Shown here: positions 9,126 through 18,687 of the stretch, one piece after another
How the letters are laid out: each line of letters opens with the position of its first letter
How positions within the stretch are numbered: the stretch's first letter is position 1
Position numbers and translations under genes: made by a program
From: Arcobacteraceae bacterium
GTDB lineage: Bacteria > Campylobacterota > Campylobacteria > Campylobacterales > Arcobacteraceae
Reading direction: 5' to 3'
Assembly (NCBI GenBank): GCA_965224485.1
Contig: CBDCZH010000010.1
Coordinates: 32,001-96,000 of the forward strand
Length of the DNA: 64,000 bases
Notes under the pieces: generated by a model
Database searches by the model: none
Seen by the model: only the letters and a program-made list of their open reading frames with translations
Told to the model about the DNA's origin: nothing

Positions 9126-9200
9126 TGGTGATCCCTAGGGGATTCGAACCCCTATGGTAGGAATGAAAATCCTAAATCCTAACCATTAGATGAAGGGACC
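9126..9200 (-). tRNA. tRNA-Glu(TTC), second copy
   Basis: Same sequence as 8671-8745. Confidence 0.96.
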
Positions 9201-9215
9201 AAAATAAATGTCAAA

Positions 9216-9291
9216 TGGTGACCCGTGATGGATTCGAACCATCGGCCACCTCCTTAAAAGGGAGATGCTCTACCAGCTGAGCTAACAGGTC
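9216..9291 (-). tRNA. tRNA-Lys(TTT), second copy
   Basis: Same sequence as 8784-8859. Confidence 0.97.
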
Positions 9292-9333
9292 ACTTGACAA
9301 CAATTTAAAAACGTTTTCTTAAATTGGAGTGGA

Positions 9334-9362
9334 ATTATATGAAAAATATTTCTATTTGTCAA
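9334..9362 (-). promoter_or_regulatory. Sigma70 promoter of the tRNA operon
   Basis: Minus-strand TTGACA (9362-9357), 17 nt, TATAAT (9339-9334), then C-rich TCCACTCC. Confidence 0.85.
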
Positions 9363-9858
9363 GTGTTTTTTGAACAAATTTATAAATTTTAGAAAGAGAG
9401 CATTTTGCAGCTTGAATTTGCACCTCTTTTCTTGGTCCTAAAAAATGAAATGTTTCACAGTGATAATTATCTAAATCATCGCAAATACCGATGATTACAG
9501 TACCTACTATTTTCTCTTTTGTAGCTCCATTGGGACCTGCAATTCCAGATATAGCAATTGCAAAATTTGCATTGAATTTTTTCCTTACGCCGCTTAACAT
9601 TTCCTTAACTGTTTGAATTGATACTGCTCCATATTTTTCTAAGGTTTTATTTTTTACTTTTAACTCTTGATTTTTTATTTTATTTGAGTAAGAAATAATG
9701 CTTCCGTCAAAAATATTTGAAGACCCTGAATTTTCTGTAATTAAAGAAGAGACTAATCCTCCCGTACAAGATTCTGCACAAGTTATTGTCTTTTTATGTT
9801 TTATTAGTAAGTTTTGAAGTTTTATCATATCTTCTTGGGAAAAAATTTTATCATACAT
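9352..9858 (-). CDS. CinA C-terminal/PncC family NMN amidohydrolase
   Basis: AESCTGG, YSNKIK, GAVS, ISGIAGPNG. Confidence 0.9.
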   Translation of the reverse strand: MYDKIFSQEDMIKLQNLLIKHKKTITCAESCTGGLVSSLITENSGSSNIFDGSIISYSNKIKNQELKVKNKTLEKYGAVSIQTVKEMLSGVRKKFNANFAIAISGIAGPNGATKEKIVGTVIIGICDDLDNYHCETFHFLGPRKEVQIQAAKCSLSKIYKFVQKTLDK

Positions 9859-10011
9859 AACTAGCCTTTTTTTATATAAACATATTATATTAAGAAGAGT
9901 ATATATATAAAATCTTTAAAAATATCTTTTTTGTATTTATTACTTGCCTTAAGGGCAAATAAGAGTGTATAAAGCACAGGTATACTTGTACTTTATACTT
10001 TTGTACTGTTT

Positions 10012-11364
10012 CTATTCTTTATTAGTTAAATCGTCTAAGAATGTTTTTTCGTCAAATTCAAGATTCATATAATCAACAATATATCTTAAGTCTCTCTCCG
10101 CATTCCCTAAACAGGAAGTTGCACCTGGACTTGGAGTCATATTAAAGATAATTCCATTACCTGGGTTAATTGAAGCTTCACCTAACATTAGTTTTTGTTT
10201 ATCTTTATCTAAAACTTGAGGTCTAATACCACCAAAACCGTGAGCATATTCTATATCATCTACACTTAAAGAGGGAACAATCTTTCTTGCATCTTGAACA
10301 AATAATTTTTTATTAATACCTGGAATTTCAAACAAGAAGTTTCTTATAACATAGTTTCTAATTTCAGAATCTTTTAATAAATCCCAAAATATTTTAACAA
10401 TATTACCATCAAAATTTAATGTTTTAAAGAAATCAAGATATGTTCCTGGTTTATATCGCTCTAATTTTGGCATCATTAAAGCAGTTGGTCCAAATCTTGT
10501 TTTACCATCAGCTAAAATATCTGGATCACCATGAAGAGCTGCAAATGGAAGTTTGTTATTTTGTACCATATAAACTTTACCATTTAAAAAATCACCAGAA
10601 GTGATATAAAAACTTCCAGCCATAGGAAGTGATCCCATATGTTTACCATGACCCATTTTGTGAGCTAAAAATAGTGAATGGGCACCTGCATTTACAACTA
10701 CAAAATCAGCCGTATATACTTCACCATTAACTGTTGTAAGTTTATATTTATCATCAATTTTTACAATTTCATCTACTTGTGAGTTAAAATAAATATCAGT
10801 AAGAATACTTGAGCATTTTTGGGCTTCTTTAGCCATTTCTTCAGTCATTCTACCAAAATCAACAGTTGTATATTGATCTTTTGCCCCCATAGCTATAATA
10901 GCTTCAGGTCTCTCTTTTGTTTGTTCTTTATTTGCATATACTAATTTTGGTTCTAATTCTTTTAGTTTTTCTCTATCCCAAAGTTCTAAGTATGGAAATA
11001 ACTCTTTAAATTCGTTGTATCTATTTTTTATAAATTCAACTTCTTTGTCTCCAACTCCTAAAGCCATCTTTTGATGAGAAAACATAATTTTATCTTGTAA
11101 ATTATACTGTAAACAAAATTTTTCGATCATTTTTGCTGATCTTTGAGTAACTTTAGCTTTTTCTAAAGTATAGTTTGTTTCAATATCACCTACATGAATA
11201 GTTTGCGAGTTTGAAGTACCTTTAGTATTTAATGTAGCTAGTGCTTCATATTTTTCTAATATACATAAACTTTTAACATTCGTATACTTAGCCATCTCAT
11301 AGAATAATGCTGCACCAGAGATTCCACCACCTACTATTACTATTTCATAATGTTTTTCGTTCAT
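10012..11364 (-). CDS. mqo: Malate:quinone oxidoreductase, Campylobacterota type
   Basis: FAD motif VGGGISG, NSQTIHVGDIETNY, KLPFAALHGDPD, FNMTPSPGATSCLGNA. Confidence 0.85.
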   Translation of the reverse strand: MNEKHYEIVIVGGGISGAALFYEMAKYTNVKSLCILEKYEALATLNTKGTSNSQTIHVGDIETNYTLEKAKVTQRSAKMIEKFCLQYNLQDKIMFSHQKMALGVGDKEVEFIKNRYNEFKELFPYLELWDREKLKELEPKLVYANKEQTKERPEAIIAMGAKDQYTTVDFGRMTEEMAKEAQKCSSILTDIYFNSQVDEIVKIDDKYKLTTVNGEVYTADFVVVNAGAHSLFLAHKMGHGKHMGSLPMAGSFYITSGDFLNGKVYMVQNNKLPFAALHGDPDILADGKTRFGPTALMMPKLERYKPGTYLDFFKTLNFDGNIVKIFWDLLKDSEIRNYVIRNFLFEIPGINKKLFVQDARKIVPSLSVDDIEYAHGFGGIRPQVLDKDKQKLMLGEASINPGNGIIFNMTPSPGATSCLGNAERDLRYIVDYMNLEFDEKTFLDDLTNKE

Positions 11365-11602
11365 TTACCCGTCCCTATGTAAGAAATATAATAAAAATAC
11401 TATCATAGATATTTAAATTTTTAATCTAATTGATTTATTTTCATTAATCTTTCTTGTAATTATGTTTTTTAGTAACAAATTATAACTAAATATAAGGTAT
11501 TTTGTATATCAATTTGTATACATTTGAAACAAAAAAAGTCAAAAATAATAAAAAAAGAGTAATTTCGTACTAAAATTGTACATAAATAATATATACTTAT
11601 AT

Positions 11603-11785
11603 ATGTTCAACTTTTTTAAACTAAATAAATATAAAAAAAATAGAGAAATTAACGTTTTTGTTTGCAAACATTGTAAATTATCATGCAAAGATTGTACTAC
11701 TACCTTTTGTTATTCATGTTTTGTAACTGATAATAATCCCTGTCCAAGATGTGGTAAAACTAATGTTATGCCTAAAGAAAAGTAA
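11603..11785 (+). CDS. Small Cys-rich (4 x CxxC) putative double zinc-binding protein, 60 aa
   Basis: CKHC-x3-CKDC-x4-CYSC-x7-CPRC; ATG 11603 preferred over TTG 11576. Confidence 0.65.
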   Translation: MFNFFKLNKYKKNREINVFVCKHCKLSCKDCTTTFCYSCFVTDNNPCPRCGKTNVMPKEK

Positions 11786-11866
11786 TTTTCTTTTCTGCTC
11801 TTATATACCTTTAACGATTTTTTAGATAAAATCACTTCATTTTATTAAATATAAGGTAATTATACA

Positions 11867-14590
11867 ATGGATTACAAAGACAGTTTACTACTTCCAAATA
11901 CAAAGTTTCCAATGAGAGGTAATCTCCCACAAAATGAACCAAAGAAATATCAAAAGTGGGATGAATTAAAAGTTTATGACAAGATGAAAGCTAATAGAAA
12001 AGGCTGCAAATCTTTTACATTACATGATGGACCGCCATATGCAAATGGGCATATTCATATAGGTCATGCTTTAAATAAGATCCTAAAAGATATTATTAAT
12101 AAGTTTCATTATTTTGATGGTAAATCAATTAGATATGTTCCTGGTTGGGATTGTCATGGTTTACCAATTGAGCAAAAAGTTGAAGAAAAGATTGGAAGTA
12201 CTAAGAAAAAAGAACTTCCAAAATCAAAATTAAGACAATTATGTCGTGATCATGCTTCAAGATTTGTTGATATTCAAAGAGATGAGTTTAAAAAACTAGG
12301 TGTTATTGCTGATTGGGATAATCCTTATTTAACAATGGACTTTAAATTTGAGGCAAATATTTACAGAGAACTTTGTGCAATTGCTAAAAAAGGTTTATTA
12401 ATTCAAAGAAGTAAACCAGTATACTGGTCTTGGGCTGCTCAAACAGCTCTTGCTGAAGCAGAAGTTGAATATGAAGATAAAACTTCACCTTCTATATATG
12501 TAGCATTTAAACATGAAAAATTAGATGCATCTTTAATTATCTGGACTACAACTCCTTGGACACTTCCAGCTAATACAGGAATCGCTTTAAATCCTGAAGA
12601 GATATATGTTTTAACTGAAGATAAATTTATAGTAGCACAAAAACTACATAGCGAATTAATTAAAAACGAAGTAATCAAAGGTAAAATTCTAAAAGAAATT
12701 CCTGTAAAAGATTTAGAAAATACTAATACAATAAATCCTTTAAATGGTAGAACTTCAAAAATTATTTTTGGAGATCATGTTGAGATGGAATCAGGTTCTG
12801 GTGCAGTTCATACAGCTCCTGGACATGGTGAGGATGATTATAAAGTAGGTCTAATTTATGGTTTAGACGTTATTATGCCTGTTGATGCTTATGGTAAATA
12901 TGATGAAACAATTGTAAGAGAAAAACTTTTTAGAGACACTGATAAATATTTAGGACTTAATGTCTTTAAGGCAAATCCTTTAATTTTAGAAGAATTAGGT
13001 GATGCTTTATTAAAACATATTGATATAAGACACTCATATCCACATTGTTGGAGAACACATACACCTATTATTTTTAGAGCTACAAAACAGTGGTTTATTT
13101 CTGTTGATGATAAATATGGAAAAGAGAATAAAACTCTTAGAGAAAATGCTCTTGATATTATTAATGATATAACTTTTTATCCTGAATGGGGAAGAAATAG
13201 ATTAAGATCAATGTTAGATGGACGACCTGATTGGTGTATTTCACGTCAAAGAGACTGGGGAGTTCCTATTGCATTTTTTAGAAATAAGAAGACTGACGAA
13301 ATTATTTTTGATGAAAAAGTACTTAACTATACTGCTATGATTTTTGAGCAAAAAGGTTGTGATGCTTGGTATGATTTAGAAATAAGTGAGCTTTTATATC
13401 CTGGTTCTGGTTTAAATCCTGATGATTTAGAAAAAACTCTTGATATTTTAGATGTTTGGTTTGATTCAGGTTCAACACAAAATGCAGTTTTACGTTCAAG
13501 AAACTATGATGCAGGAACATTTCCAGCTGATATGTACCTTGAAGGAAGTGATCAGCATAGAGGTTGGTTCCAAAGTTCACTTTTAACAAGTCTTGCTTCA
13601 AATGAAGTAGCACCTTATAAGGCTGTTTTAACTCATGGTTTTACTGTTGATGAGAAGGGCGAAAAAATGTCTAAATCAAAAGGAAATGTTGTTGCACCTG
13701 ATAAAGTGATGAAACAATATGGTTCTGAGATACTTAGACTATGGGTTGCTATGAGTGATTATCAAAGTGATTTAAAAATCTCTGATAATATATTAAAACA
13801 AAATGCAGAACTTTATAGAAAAATTAGAAATACTGCGAGATTTTTACTTGCAAATGTTAATGATTTAGAAACTCTACTTCCTGTTGATAAATTAGGTGAA
13901 TTAGATAAGTGGATTATTGATAAAACTAAAACTACTTTTGATGAAATTCATACTTGTTTTAGTGTTTATGAATTTTCAAAAGGTTTAAATAAATTAAATC
14001 ATTTCTTAGTAGTTGATTTATCTGGAATTTATTTAGATGTGTGTAAAGATAGATTATATTGTGATAGAAAAGATGCAAATATACGTCTTGGTGCACAAAC
14101 TGCTATGGCTATGATTGCTAAAAAACTATTTACTACTTTAGCTCCTATTTTAACATATACAATTGATGAATTATTAGAACATTCTCCAGAAGTTATAAAA
14201 GGTGAAGCTAAAGATGTATTTGATTTAATCAGATATGATTTACCTGAAGTTGAAAGTAAACTTAACTCAGCACATTTAATAGCAGCAAAAGAAAAGTTTA
14301 GTGAAGCAATTGATACACTAAAAAAAGATAAAGTTATTAAAACAACATTAGAATTAGATATTTATACTAATTCAAGTGATATCTTAGCTTTAAATATAAC
14401 AGATGCTGAAGATTGGTTTATTGTTAGTGGATTAGTTCCTAAAAAAGAAGATGCTTTAGTATCTTTTGAAATTGATGGTTCTGCCTTTGAAGCATATAAA
14501 GCAAATAATGCAAAATGTCCTAGATGTTGGAAGTTTAAATCTACATCAGAAGAGTGCTTATGTGTTAGATGTGAGACAAGTTTAAAATAA
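11867..14590 (+). CDS. ileS: Isoleucine--tRNA ligase
   Basis: HDGPPYANG, HIGH, WCISRQR, EGSDQHRGWF, KMSKS, C-terminal CPRC...CVRC zinc finger. Confidence 0.98.
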   Translation: MDYKDSLLLPNTKFPMRGNLPQNEPKKYQKWDELKVYDKMKANRKGCKSFTLHDGPPYANGHIHIGHALNKILKDIINKFHYFDGKSIRYVPGWDCHGLPIEQKVEEKIGSTKKKELPKSKLRQLCRDHASRFVDIQRDEFKKLGVIADWDNPYLTMDFKFEANIYRELCAIAKKGLLIQRSKPVYWSWAAQTALAEAEVEYEDKTSPSIYVAFKHEKLDASLIIWTTTPWTLPANTGIALNPEEIYVLTEDKFIVAQKLHSELIKNEVIKGKILKEIPVKDLENTNTINPLNGRTSKIIFGDHVEMESGSGAVHTAPGHGEDDYKVGLIYGLDVIMPVDAYGKYDETIVREKLFRDTDKYLGLNVFKANPLILEELGDALLKHIDIRHSYPHCWRTHTPIIFRATKQWFISVDDKYGKENKTLRENALDIINDITFYPEWGRNRLRSMLDGRPDWCISRQRDWGVPIAFFRNKKTDEIIFDEKVLNYTAMIFEQKGCDAWYDLEISELLYPGSGLNPDDLEKTLDILDVWFDSGSTQNAVLRSRNYDAGTFPADMYLEGSDQHRGWFQSSLLTSLASNEVAPYKAVLTHGFTVDEKGEKMSKSKGNVVAPDKVMKQYGSEILRLWVAMSDYQSDLKISDNILKQNAELYRKIRNTARFLLANVNDLETLLPVDKLGELDKWIIDKTKTTFDEIHTCFSVYEFSKGLNKLNHFLVVDLSGIYLDVCKDRLYCDRKDANIRLGAQTAMAMIAKKLFTTLAPILTYTIDELLEHSPEVIKGEAKDVFDLIRYDLPEVESKLNSAHLIAAKEKFSEAIDTLKKDKVIKTTLELDIYTNSSDILALNITDAEDWFIVSGLVPKKEDALVSFEIDGSAFEAYKANNAKCPRCWKFKSTSEECLCVRCETSLK

Positions 14591-14691
14591 TGTTTGAAGA
14601 AGAAGTTACTCTTAGTTTTATATTTCAAACAATAGCAGTTATTTGTATAATAATTGCTATTGGAATATTTTATGTTAAGAAAAATAAATAA
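14590..14691 (+). CDS. Small single-pass membrane protein, 33 aa, absent from ORF track
   Basis: MFEEEVTLSFIFQTIAVICIIIAIGIFYVKKNK*; ATG overlaps the ileS stop (TAATG); fills the gap before nifU. Confidence 0.65.
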   Translation: MFEEEVTLSFIFQTIAVICIIIAIGIFYVKKNK

Positions 14692-14703
14692 AGGTTTAAG
14701 ATA

Positions 14704-14982
14704 ATGATGCCATTTTCTGATGAAGATTTATTAGCACCAGTGCAAAGTATAATGGAAAAAAAGATTGTTCCCATGTTAGCACGTGATGGTGGCGCTATTG
14801 AATTATTAGGAATAAAAACAGGTAAAGTTTTTATTCAACTAAAAGGTTCTTGTGTTGGATGCAGTGCTAGTAATACTACATTAAAATTTGTTGTTGAAAA
14901 AGAGTTAAAAGAAGCAATCCATCCTGAACTTGAGATAATAAATGTAGCTATTGGTGATGAACAATCGTTTAAGGATTTATAA
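14704..14982 (+). CDS. NifU C-terminal (Nfu) Fe-S carrier protein
   Basis: PMLARDGG, LKGSCVGC. Confidence 0.9.
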   Translation: MMPFSDEDLLAPVQSIMEKKIVPMLARDGGAIELLGIKTGKVFIQLKGSCVGCSASNTTLKFVVEKELKEAIHPELEIINVAIGDEQSFKDL

Positions 14983-15575
14983 TGATAAATGAGAAAAATT
15001 TATTAAACAAAGCAAATGCATATTTCTTAGCAAAAGAATTTGGAAAAGCTATGTTTATATATTCTCAATTATCTTCATTAAATCGATCAAATAAAGAGTA
15101 CCTAATGTATGCTCTTTTTTGTGATTTATCAAGTGAAGATGAAGAAAAAGCTTTATCTTTATTTGATTATTTTTGTATTGCAAAAGAAGAAAACTTAGAT
15201 GAAGCAATTTTATATGTAAATAATGTTTTAGAGGCATATTCTGGTGATATTGATAAAATGATGGGTTTGTTAAAAGATATTTCTGATGCTAGTGTTGATT
15301 CTTTAGATGCTATAAAATATGAAGATTTTAAACATTTAGTTAAATCTCGTGGTTCTTTTAGAATTGCTTTTGAAGATATTATGTTTTCAACAAAAGTAGC
15401 AATTGAATCAAGAGATGATTTTTTTGACTTTGTTTTTAAACTTATTGAAAATGATTTTAGTACTACTGCTTATTCATATTTAGAAGGTTTTAATGATTAT
15501 TTTACTTATGATAAGAAAATAGAAGAGTTATATAAATTATTAGAAGAGAAAAAACTTGCAACTAATCATAAATAA
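14982..15575 (+). CDS. Conserved hypothetical helical protein between nifU and murE
   Basis: 197 aa, RGSFRIAFEDIMFSTKV; overlaps both neighbours. Confidence 0.75.
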   Translation: MINEKNLLNKANAYFLAKEFGKAMFIYSQLSSLNRSNKEYLMYALFCDLSSEDEEKALSLFDYFCIAKEENLDEAILYVNNVLEAYSGDIDKMMGLLKDISDASVDSLDAIKYEDFKHLVKSRGSFRIAFEDIMFSTKVAIESRDDFFDFVFKLIENDFSTTAYSYLEGFNDYFTYDKKIEELYKLLEEKKLATNHK

Positions 15576-16845
15576 TAAAACCTATACAGATAATTCACAA
15601 GAGGCAAATGAAAATTCAATTTTTGTTTATAATAGTCAAAACAAGAGTTTTATTAATGATGCTAAGAAAAATAAATGTAAAAATATAATTTCTTCTTCTA
15701 CCTTAGCTTCACATTTAGATCTATCTTCAATAAAAATTATTGGAATAACGGGAACTAATGGAAAAACAACAACAGCAGCAGCTATTTATTCTATTTTATT
15801 AGATTTAGGTTATAAGGTAGCTTTACAAGGGACGAGAGGTTTCTTTATAAATGATGAACGAATTGAAGAATACTCACTAACAACTCCAGTTCAACTTGCA
15901 AATTTCTCTAATATACAAGAAGCAATGCAAAATGATTGTGATTTTTTTGTTATGGAAGTTAGTTCTCATGCTTTAGCTCAAAATAGAATAGAGGGTTTAA
16001 ATTTTGAACTTAAAATTTTAACTAATATTACAAGAGATCATCTTGATTATCACAAAACTATTGAAGAATATATAGCTATTAAAAATTCATTTTTTGCAGA
16101 TGAGGGTAAAAAACTTATTAATAAAGATGAAAAAAAAGCAGTTTATAATGTAAAGAATGGTTTTGCTTATTCCTTAGATGAACCCTCAACATATAAAGTA
16201 CAGGCTTACTCTTTTAATGATGGTATGCAAGTAGCTATTGCAAATTTTGATAAAATGGTTAATTTTAATTCTTCAATGATGGGTATATTTAATATTTATA
16301 ATCTAACTGCGGCACTTGCAGCAGTTCATATTTGTACAAAAGAAAAATTAGAAGATATATGTGTAGCTCTTGAAAACTTTGCTGGTGTTTCAGGAAGAAT
16401 GGAAATAATTTCTTTAAAACCTTTAATCATAGTTGATTTTGCTCATACTCCTGATGGAATGAAAGAAGTTCTTGAGAGTTTTAATCAAAAAGATATTATT
16501 GTTGTTTTTGGAGCAGGTGGAAATAGAGATATAAGCAAACGAGCTTTAATGGGTATGATGGCTAATAATTATGCAAAAAAGATTTTTTTAACTTCTGATA
16601 ATCCAAGATTTGAAGATCCTGATTTAATAATAGATGATATCTTAGAAGGAATTAAAGATAAATCTAAGGTTATTATTGAAGTTAATAGAAAAGAAGCGAT
16701 TAAAAAAGCAATTTTAAGTGCTTCTTCAAACTGTGTTATTTTAGTTTTAGGAAAAGGTGATGAACAGTACCAAATAATTTATGATAAAAAGTTTCACCAG
16801 GTTGATAAAGAAATTATAGAAAATATTTTATCATCAAATAAATAA
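15556..16845 (+). CDS. murE: UDP-N-acetylmuramoyl-L-alanyl-D-glutamate--2,6-diaminopimelate ligase
   Basis: GITGTNGKTT, MEVSSH, DHLDYH, DFAHTPDG, TSDNPR, GKG. Confidence 0.96.
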   Translation: MQLIINNKTYTDNSQEANENSIFVYNSQNKSFINDAKKNKCKNIISSSTLASHLDLSSIKIIGITGTNGKTTTAAAIYSILLDLGYKVALQGTRGFFINDERIEEYSLTTPVQLANFSNIQEAMQNDCDFFVMEVSSHALAQNRIEGLNFELKILTNITRDHLDYHKTIEEYIAIKNSFFADEGKKLINKDEKKAVYNVKNGFAYSLDEPSTYKVQAYSFNDGMQVAIANFDKMVNFNSSMMGIFNIYNLTAALAAVHICTKEKLEDICVALENFAGVSGRMEIISLKPLIIVDFAHTPDGMKEVLESFNQKDIIVVFGAGGNRDISKRALMGMMANNYAKKIFLTSDNPRFEDPDLIIDDILEGIKDKSKVIIEVNRKEAIKKAILSASSNCVILVLGKGDEQYQIIYDKKFHQVDKEIIENILSSNK

Positions 16846-16871
16846 GAAAACTAAAACTTTTATTATAGGGT

Positions 16872-17744
16872 TTATTTAGAATAAGCCCTAATAGTAAACC
16901 CTCTTTTTTGACTTGTTTCTGCTATATAATTAACATAAGTAATTAAAGCCTTGTTTCCTAACTCTTTTTTGATTAACCAAGCTCCTTCTAAAACTCTAGT
17001 TCTTGCTAACCCTTCTGTTAGGTATTTTTTCAATAAAGTCTTTTCAACCTTGTTTGTATTAATTTGATTAATTCTATTATCTATTAATTGCTTGTCTTTT
17101 TGATCTGATATTGCAATAATTTCATATTTTAAAGCTTTATTATTTTTCTTTAAAAAATTAGTAATCTTAGTTTTACAAGCTTTGGTTATAGCATTACTAC
17201 CAGCTTCTTCATTATAACAACCTGTATGTTTGTATTTTTTTAATTTAGTTTTATTAATGGTTTCTTTATCACTATTTATAAGTTGTTTTTTAAGGCTTTT
17301 ATTTTTAATAAGTAAAGAAGTTAACTCTTTTTTTACATTTTTAATGTCTTTTTTTAACTTAGATTCTTTTTGTTCTAATTGTTTAATATATGTTTTATCA
17401 AAGGTATTTAGTTTTTCTTGGTATTTAGAAACTACATCTTTTAAAACATATTTTTCTTGGGTATTAAGTTTTAAATTTTCAAACACTATAGAGTCTTTTT
17501 TTATATAAGAGTTCGATTGTACTATTTTATTTAGTCCAAATAATTTATAAGAGACAAATCCTAGTGCTGTAAGTGAAATTACAAGAAAAAATATTAAAGT
17601 AAAACTATTCTTATCTGACTTTCTTCTTACCGAAATTTTCTTCAAATAATCACTAGTTGTTGGTTCTTCATTTTCATATAAATCACCATTTATTGATTCT
17701 TGAGATCTTTCTTGTAGAATAGCAATTAATTCTTCTTTATTCAT
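16872..17744 (-). CDS. Hypothetical membrane-anchored coiled-coil protein
   Basis: One TM (FTLIFFLVISLTALGFVSY), Lys/Glu-rich coiled coil, globular C-terminus. Confidence 0.7.
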   Translation of the reverse strand: MNKEELIAILQERSQESINGDLYENEEPTTSDYLKKISVRRKSDKNSFTLIFFLVISLTALGFVSYKLFGLNKIVQSNSYIKKDSIVFENLKLNTQEKYVLKDVVSKYQEKLNTFDKTYIKQLEQKESKLKKDIKNVKKELTSLLIKNKSLKKQLINSDKETINKTKLKKYKHTGCYNEEAGSNAITKACKTKITNFLKKNNKALKYEIIAISDQKDKQLIDNRINQINTNKVEKTLLKKYLTEGLARTRVLEGAWLIKKELGNKALITYVNYIAETSQKRGFTIRAYSK

Positions 17745-17784
17745 TTATCTCTACTTTATATTAATATTTATCATAATAACTTTA

Positions 17785-18687
17785 TTATTCTTTATTTTTA
17801 AGAAAAATGAATAAAATTAAGGCAAGTATTGTAAAAAATAGAGAATAAAAGAATAAATACTGCTTTAAAATGATTTTATTTGTTTCTATTTTAGACTTTT
17901 CTAATTTATTTATTTCTTCATATACTTTCTTTAAGTCTTTTTTATTTCTTGCATGAAAGGTTTTTCCATTATCTTGAGTGATTTGATTTAACAAAGATAT
18001 ATTAGACTCACCGATTCCAATAGCGTATATTTTTATTTTGTATTTTTTAGCTAAAAATTTGACTACTTTTAAAGGAATTGTACTAATTGTATCTTCTCCA
18101 TCGCTTAGAATAATAATAAGTTTAGACTTTGCTTTTGAATCTTTTAATATATTAATAGAAGTTGCAAGAGAGTCAATTAAGGCTGTTTTATCTCCTACAA
18201 TTCCAATATCTAAATAAGAAATAATCTCACTTTGTGCTTGTTTATCAAAAGATATCGGAGAAGCTGTTAAAACAGATGAGCCAAAAACAACTAAAGCTAT
18301 ATTATCATTGAGTCTTTTTTTTATAAAATCTTGTACAATTAGGCTAACAGCTTTCCATCTATTTTGCTCCAAATCATCTTTATTAAAACCAATTGCTCTC
18401 ATTGAACCACTTGTATCAAGACAAAGTACTATATCAATTCCATTATTTTTAATAAATTTATTATCTAAGATTTTTACAGGTGAACTTAAAGAAATAAGAG
18501 CAAATACAATTATAAACCATTTTAAAAAAATAATAAAAAAATTAATATTTGTATTTACATCTTTTAGTATATTCAAGTGCGGCATATAATACGTTGGGCT
18601 CTTAGCTTTACAATAATACGCACAAAATATAAAAGGTAGAATTATTAATAAAACTGCTGGGTACTCTAAAGTAATATTATTAAACAT
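17785..18687 (-). CDS. BatA-like VWA domain protein
   Basis: MIDAS DTSGSM, GDKTALIDS, ILSDGED; N- and C-terminal TMs. Confidence 0.9.
   Translation of the reverse strand: MFNNITLEYPAVLLIILPFIFCAYYCKAKSPTYYMPHLNILKDVNTNINFFIIFLKWFIIVFALISLSSPVKILDNKFIKNNGIDIVLCLDTSGSMRAIGFNKDDLEQNRWKAVSLIVQDFIKKRLNDNIALVVFGSSVLTASPISFDKQAQSEIISYLDIGIVGDKTALIDSLATSINILKDSKAKSKLIIILSDGEDTISTIPLKVVKFLAKKYKIKIYAIGIGESNISLLNQITQDNGKTFHARNKKDLKKVYEEINKLEKSKIETNKIILKQYLFFYSLFFTILALILFIFLKNKE

Noticed and set aside
8308..9351. tRNA cluster as an integration site or CRISPR-like repeat
   Set aside because: The repeats are whole tRNA genes; no integrase, no partial tRNA 3' duplication, no cas genes
9944..9998. Two hairpins downstream of mqo (TTGCCTTAAGGGCAA; GTATAAAGCACAGG-TATA-CTTGTACTTTATAC)
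   Set aside because: Probably termination or stability elements; the longer stem has mismatches on the transcribed strand and nothing supports an ncRNA
11786..11866. T-box or attenuator upstream of ileS (also checked valS)
   Set aside because: Leader too short and no T-box motif
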